NCBI GenBank assembly: GCA_950097015.1
Contig: CATNEN010000038.1
Span: 22,940,001 to 23,004,000 of the forward strand
Length of the DNA: 64,000 bases
Reading direction: 5' to 3'
Origin: Macrostomum hystrix
Taxonomy: Eukaryota > Animalia > Platyhelminthes
Below, piece after piece: positions 1 to 11,324 of this stretch; the first letter of the stretch is position 1, and each line of letters starts with the position of its first letter. Position numbers and translations under genes: made by a program. The notes below the pieces were generated by a model. The model was given only the letters and a program-made list of their open reading frames with translations. It made no database searches and had not been told where the DNA came from.

Positions 1-160
1 GAAATCCAATCGATTTCATCACTAATCCAACGAATCCATCAATAATCCAATCGAGTCCATCAAAAATCCAATCGAGTCCATCAAAAATCCAATCGAGTCT
101 ATCAAAAATCCAATCGAGTCGATCACTTATCCAATCGAGTCCATCAATAATCTTATCGAG
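1..160. repeat. 21-bp minisatellite (ATCCAATCGAGTCCATCAAAA), truncated by window edge; intronic to TTC4
   Basis: Visible tandem units with period 21. Confidence 0.85.
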
Positions 161-335
161 TCTATAAAAATATATAATTGATATATATCTATTCTGTTAT
201 TCCGTATATCGTACGTATTACTTATATTTTTTGTTATTGTGACTTATTTAAGCTTCAAACTCGTCTATCGCTACTATTAGTAAAGGCTCTATTTACTAAA
301 AATTGCTAATTGATTTGCCTCTCTGCCAACTAAAG

Positions 336-1143
336 GGCGCACGAGCGCGGCGCCCGAGCTCTCCTAGCCCTGGAGCGGCACTCAGACTGCGCCGCCTGGT
401 GCGACGAAGCCCTCGGCCTTTGGGTCGCCGATCCCGAACTGCTTCGCTTGTCTACTGAGGCTCGGCGTCTAGCCGAGGCCCGCGCTGCCAAGTCTCGCCG
501 AGAAGCCGCCGCCGGTCGTCGAGCCGACCGACAATTAGCCGAGGTGGCGTCGGCTCTGGCGCGGCGCGGGGTTCGAATCCGGCCCGGCACCGGCCGTCTG
601 GAGATGCCCGACGACGCCTCGGTGGAATTTGTCGACGATGAAAACCGCGGCGTCGAGGGAGAACGCTTACTGCGCTATCCGGTGCTGCTGTTGTATCCGG
701 AGTTCGGCCAGACTGACTTCCTGCGTGGCGTTGACGAGACTGTCACTTTAGGCCAGGTTAGGGACTCTCCGGGCTAAGATTCGAACCCCCGACCTCTCGA
801 GCAGAAGTCCAATAAATCTCTAGTTTACAGCTAGCGATCCTTCTCTCCCTTATATTCCTAGGTCGCAGCTACCGTATTCGATCTGGAGCAAGAGCCGGCC
901 GCTTGGAACAATGGCCATTCCTACACGCCAGATAATGTTGAATTCTATTTAGACCGCTGCTCTACCGAAGATACAGCGGTTGCGGCATCTAAGTCGCCCG
1001 AAGCGCTTGACAAACGACTGACCCTAGCCGAGGTGTTGCAACGGCCGGATGCTGCTTTGACTGGTTCCGTTCTACTGCTAACTGTCCTCCGTCCTGGCGC
1101 CTATCTTGATCGATGGCTCAAGGAATGGTGGGACTCGCGTTGA
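336..1143 (+). CDS. TTC4: Tetratricopeptide repeat protein 4 / Cns1 co-chaperone, last two exons (336-756, 862-1143); 5' exons lie outside the window
   Basis: AG at 334-335; phase-0 GT-AG intron 757-861; TGA at 1141-1143. Peptides AHERGARALLALERHSDCAAWCDEAL (TPR end), YPVLLLYPEFGQTDF and PAAWNNGHSYTPDNVEFY resemble TTC4 wheel-domain motifs (WPVLFLYPEYAQSDF, WD..KY.PDNLEVY). Confidence 0.88.
771..833 (-). mobile_element. Degenerate tRNA-derived (SINE head) fragment in the TTC4 intron
   Basis: Reverse strand reads TAGCTG...GGACTT...AGGTCGGGGGTTCGAATC (B box); similar to the element at 4664. Confidence 0.5.
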
Positions 1144-1269
1144 CCTTGTTTAACAAATTGTTAGTTAAATATTTTCAGTTACTTGTTGTGGCTTTATCGT
1201 GTCTTTAATAGTCTCAGAAAGTATTGTGCAAATTGGCCTTTTAATCCAGTTCTAGTTTAGATGGTAAAT

Positions 1270-1990
1270 CAGGTGTTTAATTCGTCTGTAATTAGTAGTT
1301 AATTAGTCTGTAATTCTGGTGTTTATTAGTCTGTAATTCGGGTGTTAATTGGTCTGTAATTCTGGTGTTAATTAGTCTGTAATTCTGGTGTTTATTAGTC
1401 TGTAATTCGGGTGTTAATTGGTCTGTAATTCTGGTGTTAATTGGTCTGTAATTCTGGTGTTTATTAGTCTGTAATTCTGGTGTTAATTAGTCTGTAATTC
1501 GGGTGTTAATTGGTCTGTAATTCTGGTGTTAATTGGTCTGTAATTCGGGTGTTTATTAGTCTGTAATTCTGGTGTTAATTAGTCTGTAATTCTGGTGTTT
1601 ATTAGTCTGTAATTCGGGTGTTAATTGGTCTGTAATTCTGGTGTTTATTAGTCTGTAATTCTGGTGTTTATTAGTCTGTAATTCTGGTGTTAATTAGTCT
1701 GTAATTCTGGTGTTAATTGGTCTGTAATTCTGGTGTTAATTGGTCTGTAATTCTGGTGTTAATTGGTCTGTAATTCTGGTGTTTATTAGTCTGTAATTCG
1801 GGTGTTAATTGGTCTGTAATTCGGGTGTTAATTGGTCTGTAATTCGGGTGTTAATTACTCTGTAATTCGTGTTAATGAATCTGTAATTCGGGTGTTAATT
1901 GGTCTGTAATTCGGTTGTTAATGAATCTGTAATTCTGGTGTTAATTGGTCTGTAATTCGGGTGTTAATTACTCTGTAATTCATGTTTTAA
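1270..1990. repeat. 23-bp minisatellite (GGTGTTAATTAGTCTGTAATTCT)
   Basis: About 30 tandem units. Confidence 0.95.
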
Positions 1991-2364
1991 TCAGTCGGTC
2001 CATTCTGATGTTATTTGGCCTGAAAACTGTTAGGCATCAGCTAGGTTTCATCAGGAAATAAAATTAGCACTATTAAAAAAGAATTCACTTACAATACTTT
2101 TTCATGTTGCATTTCTGCAGTTAATGCATATAATTTATATTTAACTTTGTTAAAAAATCGCTTGACGGCTCTTCGGTGAAAGATTTGTTATGCAGTCTGG
2201 TGTGAAATGCTATTTTTGTTTTATTTAATATATATTTTTCATGATATTTTAAATGAAAGACTGAGAGACTAGAAAATGCAATCCAGTGTCATTGGGCGTG
2301 CATAATTTTGGATAAAACCGACCTGTTTTTTGTTACTTTTTTTACGAAATTTTGTACTGAATAA

Positions 2365-3977
2365 GCACACTCCAATTCCATCATTCACAGCACTCGAATT
2401 CCATTATCCACAGCACTCCAATTCCATCATTCACAGCACTCCAATTCCATCATCCACAGCACTCCAATTCCATCATTCACAGCACTCCAATTCCATCATC
2501 CACAGCACTCCAATTCCATCATTCACAGCACTCCAATTCCATCATTCACAGCACTCCAATTCCATCATTCACAGTACTCTAATTCCATCATTCACAGCAC
2601 TCCAATTCCATCATTCACAGCACTCCAATTCCATTATCCAGAGCACTCCAATTCCATTATCCACAGCACTCCAATTCCATTATCCACAGCACTCCAATTC
2701 CATTATCCAGAGCACTTCAATTCCATCATCCACAGCACTCCAATTCCATCATCCACAGCACTCCAATTCCATTATCCAGAGCACTTCAATTCCATCATTC
2801 ACAGCACTCCAATTCCATTATCCACAGCACTCCAATTCCATCATCCACAGCACTCCAATTCCATCATCCACAGCACTCCAATTCCATTATCCACAGCACT
2901 CCAATTCCATTATCCACAGCACTCCAATTCCATTATCCAGAGCACTTCAATTCCATCATCCACAGCACTCCAATTCCATCATTCACAGCACTCCAATTCC
3001 ATCATCCACAGCACTCCAATTCCATTATCCAGAGCACTTCAATTCCATCATCCACAGCACTCCAATTCCATTATCCACAGCACTCCAATTCCATCATCCA
3101 CAGCACTCCGATTCCATCATCCACAGCACTCCGATTCCATCATTCACAGCACTACGATTCCATCATTCACAGCACTCCAATTCCATCATTCACAGTACTC
3201 CGATTCCATCATTCACAGCACTCCAATTCCATCATTCACAGCACTCCAATTCCATCATTCACAGTACTCTAATTCCATCATTCACAGCACTCTAATTCCA
3301 TCATTCACAGCACTCCAATTCCATCATTCACGGCACTCCAATTCCATCATTCACAGCACTCCAATTCCATCATTCACAGCACTCCAATTCCATCATTCAC
3401 AGTACTCCGATTCCATCATTCACAGCACTCCAATTCCATCATTCACAGCACTCCAATTCCATCATTCACAGTACTCTAATTCCATCATTCACAGCACTCT
3501 AATTCCATCATTCACAGCACTCCAATTCCATCATTCACGGCACTCCAATTCCATCATTCACAGCACTCCAATTCCATCATTCACAGCACTCCAATTCCAT
3601 CATTCACAGTACTCCGATTCCATCATTCACAGCACTCCAATTCCATCATTCACAGCACTCCAATTCCATCATTCACAGCACTCCGATTCCATCATTCACA
3701 GCACTACGATTCCATCATTCACAGCACTCCAATTCCATCATTCACAGCACTCCAATTCCATCATTCACAGTACTCTAATTCCATCATTCACAGCACTCCA
3801 ATTCCATCATTCACAGCACTCCAATTCCATCATCCACGGCACTCCAATTCCATCATTCACAGCACTCCAATTCCATCATTCACAGCACTCCAATTCCATC
3901 ATTCACAGCACTCCAATTCCATCATTCACAGCACTCCAATTCCATCATTCACAGCACTCCAATTCCATTATCCACAG
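2365..3977. repeat. 23-bp minisatellite (CACAGCACTCCAATTCCATCATT)
   Basis: About 70 tandem units; explains ORF 2330-3295. Confidence 0.97.
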
Positions 3978-4037
3978 TCCTGTCGAAGGTGTTACCCTTC
4001 AGGTCACGTGCTCAATTGAGTCGCAATATTATTCCAG

Positions 4038-4595
4038 GACAAGCAGCTACTCAGGCGGTCACTGTTCTACCCGGCCATTGCCAAGTCTCTAATCTGGCGC
4101 CTACTCCGTTTATCGGATTGGTACAACCGCATCGATGATCGCCTAATCCTAGGCGCTCTGCCATTGGCCAGCGAGTTTGAGTCGATTGTTAAATCCGAAT
4201 TGATCAGCTCGGTGATTAGCTTAAACGAGGCACACGAAGTCAAGCCGGGTTGGGTTGCTGGCGCGGCCTTCTGCACCAGATTGGGTTTGAATCGGCTGCA
4301 AGTCTCCGTGCCTGACTTTGGCGGCTATTCGCCAACGCCCCATCAGCTGAGACAATGCTGCGATTTCATTGCCAATCACAATGCCTCTACGCAAGGCCGT
4401 GTTTATGTACACTGCCGAGCTGGCAGAACCCGCAGTGCCACTGTGGCAGCCGCCTACTTGATCCGGCGTTATCGCCTTGAACCCGACGTAGCTTGCGACA
4501 GGTTGCGCCTAGCTCGGCCTGGAATCCTGCTGCACCGGCCGCAGATGGAAGCTTTGTACACATTCTGGGGACTCGAACAGACTGGGAAAAGATGA
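4038..4595 (+). CDS. PTPMT1: Mitochondrial phosphatidylglycerophosphatase (dual-specificity phosphatase); one coding exon with no ATG of its own
   Basis: After TTCCAG acceptor (AG 4036-4037) reads DKQLLRRSLFYPAI...DWYNRIDDRLILGALP...VYVHCRAGRTRSATVAAAYL, matching PTPMT1 signatures LFYP, WY.RID..V.LGALP, HCKAGRSRSAT. Confidence 0.92.
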   Translation, partial: DKQLLRRSLFYPAIAKSLIWRLLRLSDWYNRIDDRLILGALPLASEFESIVKSELISSVISLNEAHEVKPGWVAGAAFCTRLGLNRLQVSVPDFGGYSPTPHQLRQCCDFIANHNASTQGRVYVHCRAGRTRSATVAAAYLIRRYRLEPDVACDRLRLARPGILLHRPQMEALYTFWGLEQTGKR

Positions 4596-4663
4596 AATCT
4601 TTCAACTTTTAATCACGCAAAAGTACATCCTAGGCCACTTGTACAGCCAGTGATACAGCTGCA

Positions 4664-4735
4664 GCTATTTTAGCTTAGTGGTAAGAGCGTCGGACTTAGA
4701 ACTCTAAGGTCGCGGGTTCGATTCCTGCCTCCAAT
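4664..4735 (+). pseudogene. tRNA-like sequence (pseudo-tRNA / SINE head)
   Basis: A box TAGCTTAGTGG; T arm GCGGG-TTCGATT-CCTGC; acceptor and anticodon stems do not pair. Confidence 0.7.
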
Positions 4736-4780
4736 GGCATACGGCTGTTCAGTCCGTGGACTGGGTGGAGAGAGACGCCA

Positions 4781-4881
4781 CACCCATTTACTAGTTGGGT
4801 GAACTGAAGCAACAAATTATTCCAGTGGGGCTAGAAATCGAACCCACGACCTTCGTGAGTCAAATGCTCTAACCATTGAAC
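4781..4881 (-). mobile_element. tRNA-derived SINE fragment, inverted relative to 4664-4735
   Basis: Reverse strand GTTCAATGGTTAGAGCA...GGTCGTGGGTTCGATTTC followed by TTGCTTCAGTTCACCCAACTAGTAAATGGGT, a SINE-body-like segment. Confidence 0.6.
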
Positions 4882-5324
4882 ATTCAAATCTGCATTGCTT
4901 TAGTTTACCCAGCTGTTTAACGGTTACCAGCCTATTTCTAACCCAAGTAATGCCTATAACCATTTTACACAGCTAAATGTGTAAAATGCGAACTTTAGAC
5001 CTCTAGCTTACTACAAGTCTCAAGCTCTAGCCATTGTACTTTGATAGTTATTTAAAATATATATATCTATACTTGAAAATAAGATTTGTCGTTAACAAGG
5101 TTTGCATTTTCGCAGCATTAGCTAGTTTTTTGTTACAATTATAGTAAATCATGCCAATGATCATTTGTCGATCGAAATTTTTTTTAGAACCTATGCTTTT
5201 TGTGCTAATGCCAATCGCAGAAATACACAATTTCTTGTTAGTTTTTTACTATAATCTAAGACTAAGATTGAAACATAAGCTAAAAGGTTTTGAAAAATTT
5301 GTACCTCTTATATTTCCCTTGCAG

Positions 5325-7893
5325 GAGAACTCAAAGCCCTATACAGCATTGCTGCTGTTTCGCTTCTTTTTAATCTTCCTGCCTCAGACTGGCTATCTGC
5401 ATCCGGATGAATTTTTGCAATCAATTGAGATTTCCGCCGGTGAGTTATTAAAACGTGTGCCATACCTCACTGCCCCGCCTAGCGCACCCATCTCCTCTCA
5501 AACCAGCCTAGAGCACCCACCTCACTTCAATTAACCCATCCCAGCTCAATCCTATGAACCTCGTCTAGCGCACCCACCTCACTCCTCTCAAACCCTCCAA
5601 GCGGACCCACCTCACTCCTCTCAACCCCACCTAGCGCTGCCACCTCACTCCTCTCAACCCCGCCTAGCGCTGCCACCTCACTCCTCTCAACCCCGCCAAG
5701 CGCACCCACCTCACTCCTCTCAACCCCGCCTAGCGCTGCCACCTCACTCCTTTCAACCCCGCCTAGCGCACCAACCAAACTGCTTTCTGTATAGCCCAGC
5801 GCTACTCTCTTCTTTTTAACTTTATGTATATTTTTATAGTGCATAAATTATGGTCAAAAACTATTATGTCTCATAGTGAAAATCCTTTCCATTCACGCTG
5901 TTAAGGCGACGTTCTGGGCGTTCGCACTAGCCCGGCACCGTGGGAGGTGACCACGGAGCATCCAATACGGAGCGCGTCTGTTCTTCATATTTTCTACCAC
6001 GCTCCGTTAATGTTATTTAAACTACTATTAGTAGACGGCTTCTCCTGGTACGTCGATGCCTACTTTGTTGTTATCGTATGCCGCCTGTCTATGGCCATAC
6101 TATCATTGGCCAACGACGCCATGGTTGCTGTCTTGGCCAGAGAGCTTGGCCTCGACACGTTTCGCTGCCTGTTTCTCTACGCGTCTTCCTACGTGGCATT
6201 AGTGCACGGTACACGAACTTTAAGCAACGCTGTCGAATCAAGCCTATTGGCCATTGTTATCGTCTGCCTACTGATGGCATTGAATGTCCAGGAATTGCCT
6301 GGCAACGGTCGCCAAAGCCTAGCTAAAGTGCTGTTCTCCATTGGCGGCGTTGCCGCTGCTGTTGGCGTGATGAATCGGCCCACATTTGCCGCTTTCGCCA
6401 TAGTCCCCTACCTGTACGCTATGTGGCGTTGCGCTCGTACAGCTCACGAGGATCCAGTTGGCGCGGTTGTTAATTTCTGCGCCACCAGCGTCGCTGCATT
6501 CGGAGCAGCCTTCGTATCTATGGTGTTGTACGACACGCTAACGTACAATCCAACCTTCGCGACGCGATTCGCCTCAGTCAGCTTGGACGAAATGCTCACC
6601 ATCAACGGTGCTTTCGAATTGATGACCGATTTTGTGCGCTCCGCAGTTGTGACGCCGTGGAATTTTGTTTGGTAAGAATTTCCAAGTGCAGATTCTTTAT
6701 CTATCTGATTGTGCGATTTCTCATTACCTGCTTTACTGCACCCACCCCACTCCGATTTTCTGGCCTAGGACACCCACCCCATTCCGAATTCGTGCCCCAT
6801 GGCACCCACCCACTCTGATTTCCTGCACCATGGCACCCCCTACTCCGATTTCTTGCCCCACAGCACCCACCCCATTCCGATTTCCAGGCCCATGGCACCC
6901 ACCCCACTCCGATTTTATTCCCCTCTCCACTCTTCACCTGCGATTTCTTGGTTTCTTACCCCACGGCACCCAGTCGTTTCTTAAGCTTCTAAGAGCAGTG
7001 AAACCTCATGAAATTCTGCTTCTGCTCGCTTCAGCTACAATTCCCAGTCGGATAACCTGGCCCAGCATGGCACTCATCCGCGCTGGCTTCACTTGGCCAA
7101 TCTGGCCATGCTACTGGGACCGGCCGCTCCCGCCTTTGCCTGCCACGCTTGGTACACATTGCGTCCCTCAGCGACACAGCAGCCAGTTAGAAGCAATCAG
7201 CAGCATCTAAGTCGCGTCTTAGTGCTCGGTTGTCTGATACCGCTAGTCGTCCTGTCAGTATTCCCGCACCAGGAGTTGCGCTTTCTAATTCCCCTGCTGC
7301 CCCTGACAACCGTGTGCGTTGCCCAACGACTCCGCTGCCGTCTTCCAGTGTTTAGCTTCGCCCTGCCCTGGATTGCATTCAACGCTGTCGGCGTGCTCGG
7401 CCTTGGCTTCCTGCATCAGGGCGGCGTTCTGCCCATGACTGCTCATGTTGGCGAGCTGCTCAGATCCGCTAACAGCAGGCTAGCGCCTCAGCAGGAGCCT
7501 GTCTGTCATCGCCTGCTGTTTCTCGGAACCTATCCGCCACCGCAGCACACGCTACTGTTGCCGCAGTCATCCTGCATTCGCCTAGAAGACCTGATGGGCA
7601 ATCGGACCGCCTTGGAGTCCTACGCTGCTCAACTTCGCTCGGATCGAGTCAGCTCAGTCTACGCCGTGTTCTCCGCTGTTCACGCCGACTCGGTGCGGGC
7701 CGCATTCGCTAAATCACGCTACGGATTGAAGTATGCGGCGAGAATTTACGGTCATCTGTCAGCTGAAAGTCTACCGCCGGCCAGACGACTATTGAAACGG
7801 CTATCAGAAGCGGCCTCGCCAATGACGGAGGCGTCTCGTTCGCTGTCTGAAGCCTTGTCAATCATGGTGTTTCATTTTGCTTTAACTGTATGA
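5325..7893 (+). CDS. PIGZ: GPI mannosyltransferase 4 (PIG-Z/Smp3); exons 5325-5439, 5906-6671, 7035-7893 (579 sense codons, no ATG at exon 1 start)
   Basis: Motifs LPQTGYLHPDEF, PWE...PIRS, TRTLSNAVE, NRPTF, YN...NLAQHGTHPR, FPHQELRFLIP, GFLHQGGV; GT-AG introns of phase 1 and 2 keep the frame. Confidence 0.93.
5465..5775. repeat. 33-bp minisatellite in PIGZ intron 1 (core CACCCACCTCACTCC)
   Basis: Tandem units GCGCACCCACCTCACTCCTCTCAACCCCGCCTA. Confidence 0.85.
6737..6920. repeat. ~31-bp minisatellite in PIGZ intron 2 (core CACCCACCCCACTCC)
   Basis: About 6 diverged units. Confidence 0.75.
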
Positions 7894-7924
7894 AATTTTC
7901 TGTTAACTAATTGGCATCAATATA

Positions 7925-8490
7925 ACCCACCCACCTTACCCACATCGCTCCGTCTCTCTCTCTCCGACGCACCCACCTCACTCCGTCTATTCCTCCACGG
8001 ACGCACCCACCTCACTCCGTCTCTCTTCCTTATCGGCGCACCCACCTCACTCCGTCTATTCCTCCACGGACGCACCCACCTCACTCCGTCTCTCTTCCTT
8101 ATCGGCGCACCCACCTCACTCCGTCTATTCCTCCACGGAAGCACCCACCTCACTCCGTCTCTCTTCCTTATCGGCGCACCCACCTCACTCCGTCTCTCTT
8201 CCTTATCGGCGCACCCACCTCACTCCGTCTATTCCTCCTCGCACGCACCCACCTCACTCCGTCTCTCTTCCTTATCGGCGCACCCACCTCACTCCTTCTA
8301 TTCCTCCTCGCACGCACCCACCTCACTCCGTCTCTCTTCCTTATCGGCGCACCCACCTCACTCCGTCTATTCCTCCTCGGACGCACCCACCTCACTCCGT
8401 CTATTCCTCCTCGGACGCACCCACCTCACTCCGTCTATTCCTCCTCGGACGCACCCATCTCACTTCGTCTCACTTCCCCGACGCACACAT
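7925..8490. repeat. 34/35-bp alternating minisatellite just 3' of the PIGZ stop (core CACCCACCTCACTCC)
   Basis: 69-bp dimer period, visible in the reverse ORFs. Confidence 0.92.
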
Positions 8491-9421
8491 CCCACTATTT
8501 CTCTTAGCGTTAAATTACAATAACAGTTAATATTTATTTTTAAGTGCAAGCTTTGAACTATTTAATAGCTGTTTTGTTTTGCCATTTTTATGTGTTTCGC
8601 TTCTCTATTCGTCAGTTCGTGCAATAATCTCATTTTAACAATACAAATTCATCTAACTTTATGACTTTGCTTGTTTTTAACGAATCTGAGCTAATGTTAG
8701 TTCACAAGAAAGGTGCAATTTTTGCTTTTCTCGCTCATGTTTCGCTTTTTTATTGAAAATATATTTAAGGGCTTTTTTAACGCAATTTTTAAGTATTATC
8801 GTTAAATTACTACGCAATATTATATGTTGTTTTTTTATTTCTTCTGTTATGTCGCTTTTAAACATTTTCTGCCTGTAATATTAAATTTCATTAGTCAATA
8901 AATAAATGGATTCATCTAAAATCAAATTAGTTTAATTTATATAGGGAGCAGTAAACCAAATAATCGGTTCTAATATGTAGCTTTTTTATTTTCTACATGC
9001 ATAATTTTGTTTCTTTGTTGCAATTTTAAAAGGTTTTATGCGTCCACAATAGCCTACTGAGAGTAGATTAAACAGCACTTCGATTCTGTCGGATGGCTAA
9101 TGCTTGACTTTGATTTATTTAGCCATGCGCGCCAAGGCTCGGAGGTAGATCAGACAACGGTCGTAACTCGGAAGAGGTGCCATCCAATCAAAATCGTCGG
9201 CAGCGTCAGGTCTCTGTATCCATGCGCCCGCATCCCAGGGCTGCCCTTGCCGATCCTATCTCTGCTTGGCCTGCCGCGTAGCCTATAATTAGTAGCTTGG
9301 AACTGCACTGATAAGCCCAGCTGAAATCTCAAGCAAAAAGAGGCTCGTCGATCTCTGTAGGCTTTACTCATCTCTTTTGAGACGTTTATCTTAAATTAGT
9401 AGTAGGCACAAATTTAAGGCT

Positions 9422-10312
9422 ATGCAGACGGGAAATCCCAAAAATCAACAGCCGCCGCAGCTACTTATGCCACAGCAGCCGCAGCGACCTCAGCGCAGGT
9501 CTGCGAGCTTCCGCGGCTGCCCGCCGGCAGGTGGGCGCCGGCCGCTGATTACTGCTTCGCATCAGCAGGAGCACCAACGGCCAGAAAGTCCGATAAGTGA
9601 GGCTGAATGTTTTTGAAAACGAACTTTCACTTTAAAGTACACTGAAATGGCGAGTCCCAATGATTACGATCACCTCACTCCATTCTTTGCCCTGCCAAGC
9701 TAACACACTCACCTCAGTCCATTCTCTGCCATGCCAAGCCAACACACCCACCTCACTCCATTCTCTGTTATGCCCAGCCAACACACCCACCTCACTCCAC
9801 CCTCTGCCACGCCCAGCCAACACACCCACCTCACTCCATTTTCTTTCTCGCTAGAATTCACTTCGCGAGAGCTAATACACCCACCTCACTCCATCCTCTG
9901 TCTTGCTGAAATTTACTTTCCGAGCGAACATACCCACCTCACTCTATATCCTATGTCCGAAGGACAACAACATCATTCCATGCTACATCCTTGCCTATGA
10001 CACATCACCACGCGTAGCAAACCGACAACATTTATTATTATGAAGTACTGTCACGCAATTGTCACTATCTCTCTCCCTCGCTGGACTCATTGCCCTCCAG
10101 CCATCGATCCGTCGAAGCTGGCTCCTAAACGTTCGAGCTTCTCAGACGCTGCCAGTTTGTCGCCGACGCGTCGCCGAAAATTCGCCACCCCGGCGCCAGG
10201 CGAATCTGAGGTATTCGACCGACGACTTGAGGATTCACTGCGCGATCTGCGTATCATGCAGACGCGACAACTGGCTAGACAGGCGGGCAGCAGTAGTGAG
10301 TTGCCAGCCTGA
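9422..10312 (+). CDS. Hypothetical 128-aa low-complexity protein; exons 9422-9596 and 10101-10312
   Basis: ATG at 9422; donor A|GTGAG at 9597; acceptor CCCTCCAG ending 10100; phase-1 join gives 387 nt in frame; GC-rich coding-like composition; no recognised homology. Confidence 0.6.
9668..9950. repeat. ~39-bp diverged minisatellite (core CACCCACCTCACTCC)
   Basis: Tandem units in the intron of the 128-aa gene. Confidence 0.75.
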
Positions 10313-10356
10313 AAAAAATTGTCTCCTTTGCACAATATCTACAGCAGCTCTGTGAT

Positions 10357-10500
10357 GATGCCCCAGCCACCTCACTCCTCTTGTCTACCCCTTCGATGCC
10401 CCAGCCACCTCACTCCTCTTCTCTACCCCTTCGATGCCCCAGCCACCTCACTCCTCTTCTCTACCCCTTCGATGCCGCAGCCACCTCACTCCTCCTTTCT
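10357..10500. repeat. 38-bp minisatellite (core GCCACCTCACTCC)
   Basis: About 4 units. Confidence 0.8.
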
Positions 10501-11324
10501 ATGCCTCTCTTACCCTACTCGTATTATTTGCATGTGCCCTGTTATGCCTGAACCATCTATTTAGTATGATAAGTGCTGCTAAGCCTGTTCAGTCGCAAAA
10601 GTACTCACAGAATCTTGTCTACAACCTGCATCACTTGACCTGGCTTTATCTGACACGCGATTCTAATTAAAAAAAGAGCTGGCCACACCTACATATTCAT
10701 CATTCGCAGCCAAGGGAGAGTTTTTAGCAGGAGAAAAATTGTCTGTGTACTTTCTAGTAGCGCATCTTAAATTTAACTGCCTGCTAGTCTGATTTCGAAA
10801 CCAAGATCGATTTCAGAAACACTCGAAATCTTCGCACTATAATTTACAGTAAATACCCTGTAATATACTTGTGTGCTTCTATATCTTCATAGATAAGCTC
10901 TATCTAAGCAGATCGCATCAATAGGATTTCGGAATCCATTTCGGCAAGTAGCCTGTATCAGTTGCAGCGCGTTTTCTTTTGCAAGTGGAAATTGCAAAGT
11001 CTCCTTGCTGCTTTTTAACGCTTCTGCTAGTTTGGATCGATTGCGAATTCTCAGTCGCTGCTGAAATCGAGTTTTTTCTAAAGTTCTGCGAACGCTAATA
11101 GGGTACCTATGAACTAGAGAGACATGTAGAGAACAAGAAAATTGGCGAAAGTCTCTTTTTCAGACTCATCCCTGATTCCTTCCCTAGCCGGGTTAAAAGT
11201 CTCATTTTCGTCTTTGAGTCGAAAGAAAGCTTTTTAGCATTTTCTGTTTTAGTTCATCCACTGATTGACTTAATGCTAATTAGGTTTTGCACTTTGGCTT
11301 TCTGATGAAGCCTGGTAGAGTGCA

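Noticed and set aside
2330-3295. 321-aa ORF and similar long repetitive ORFs (15788, 15837, 19228, 22985, 33871, 43908, 51324, 57755 etc.)
   Set aside because: They coincide with minisatellites whose units lack stop codons, are often open in several frames and have no unique domain
4664-4735. Functional tRNA-Leu(TAG) gene
   Set aside because: Acceptor and anticodon stems do not base-pair
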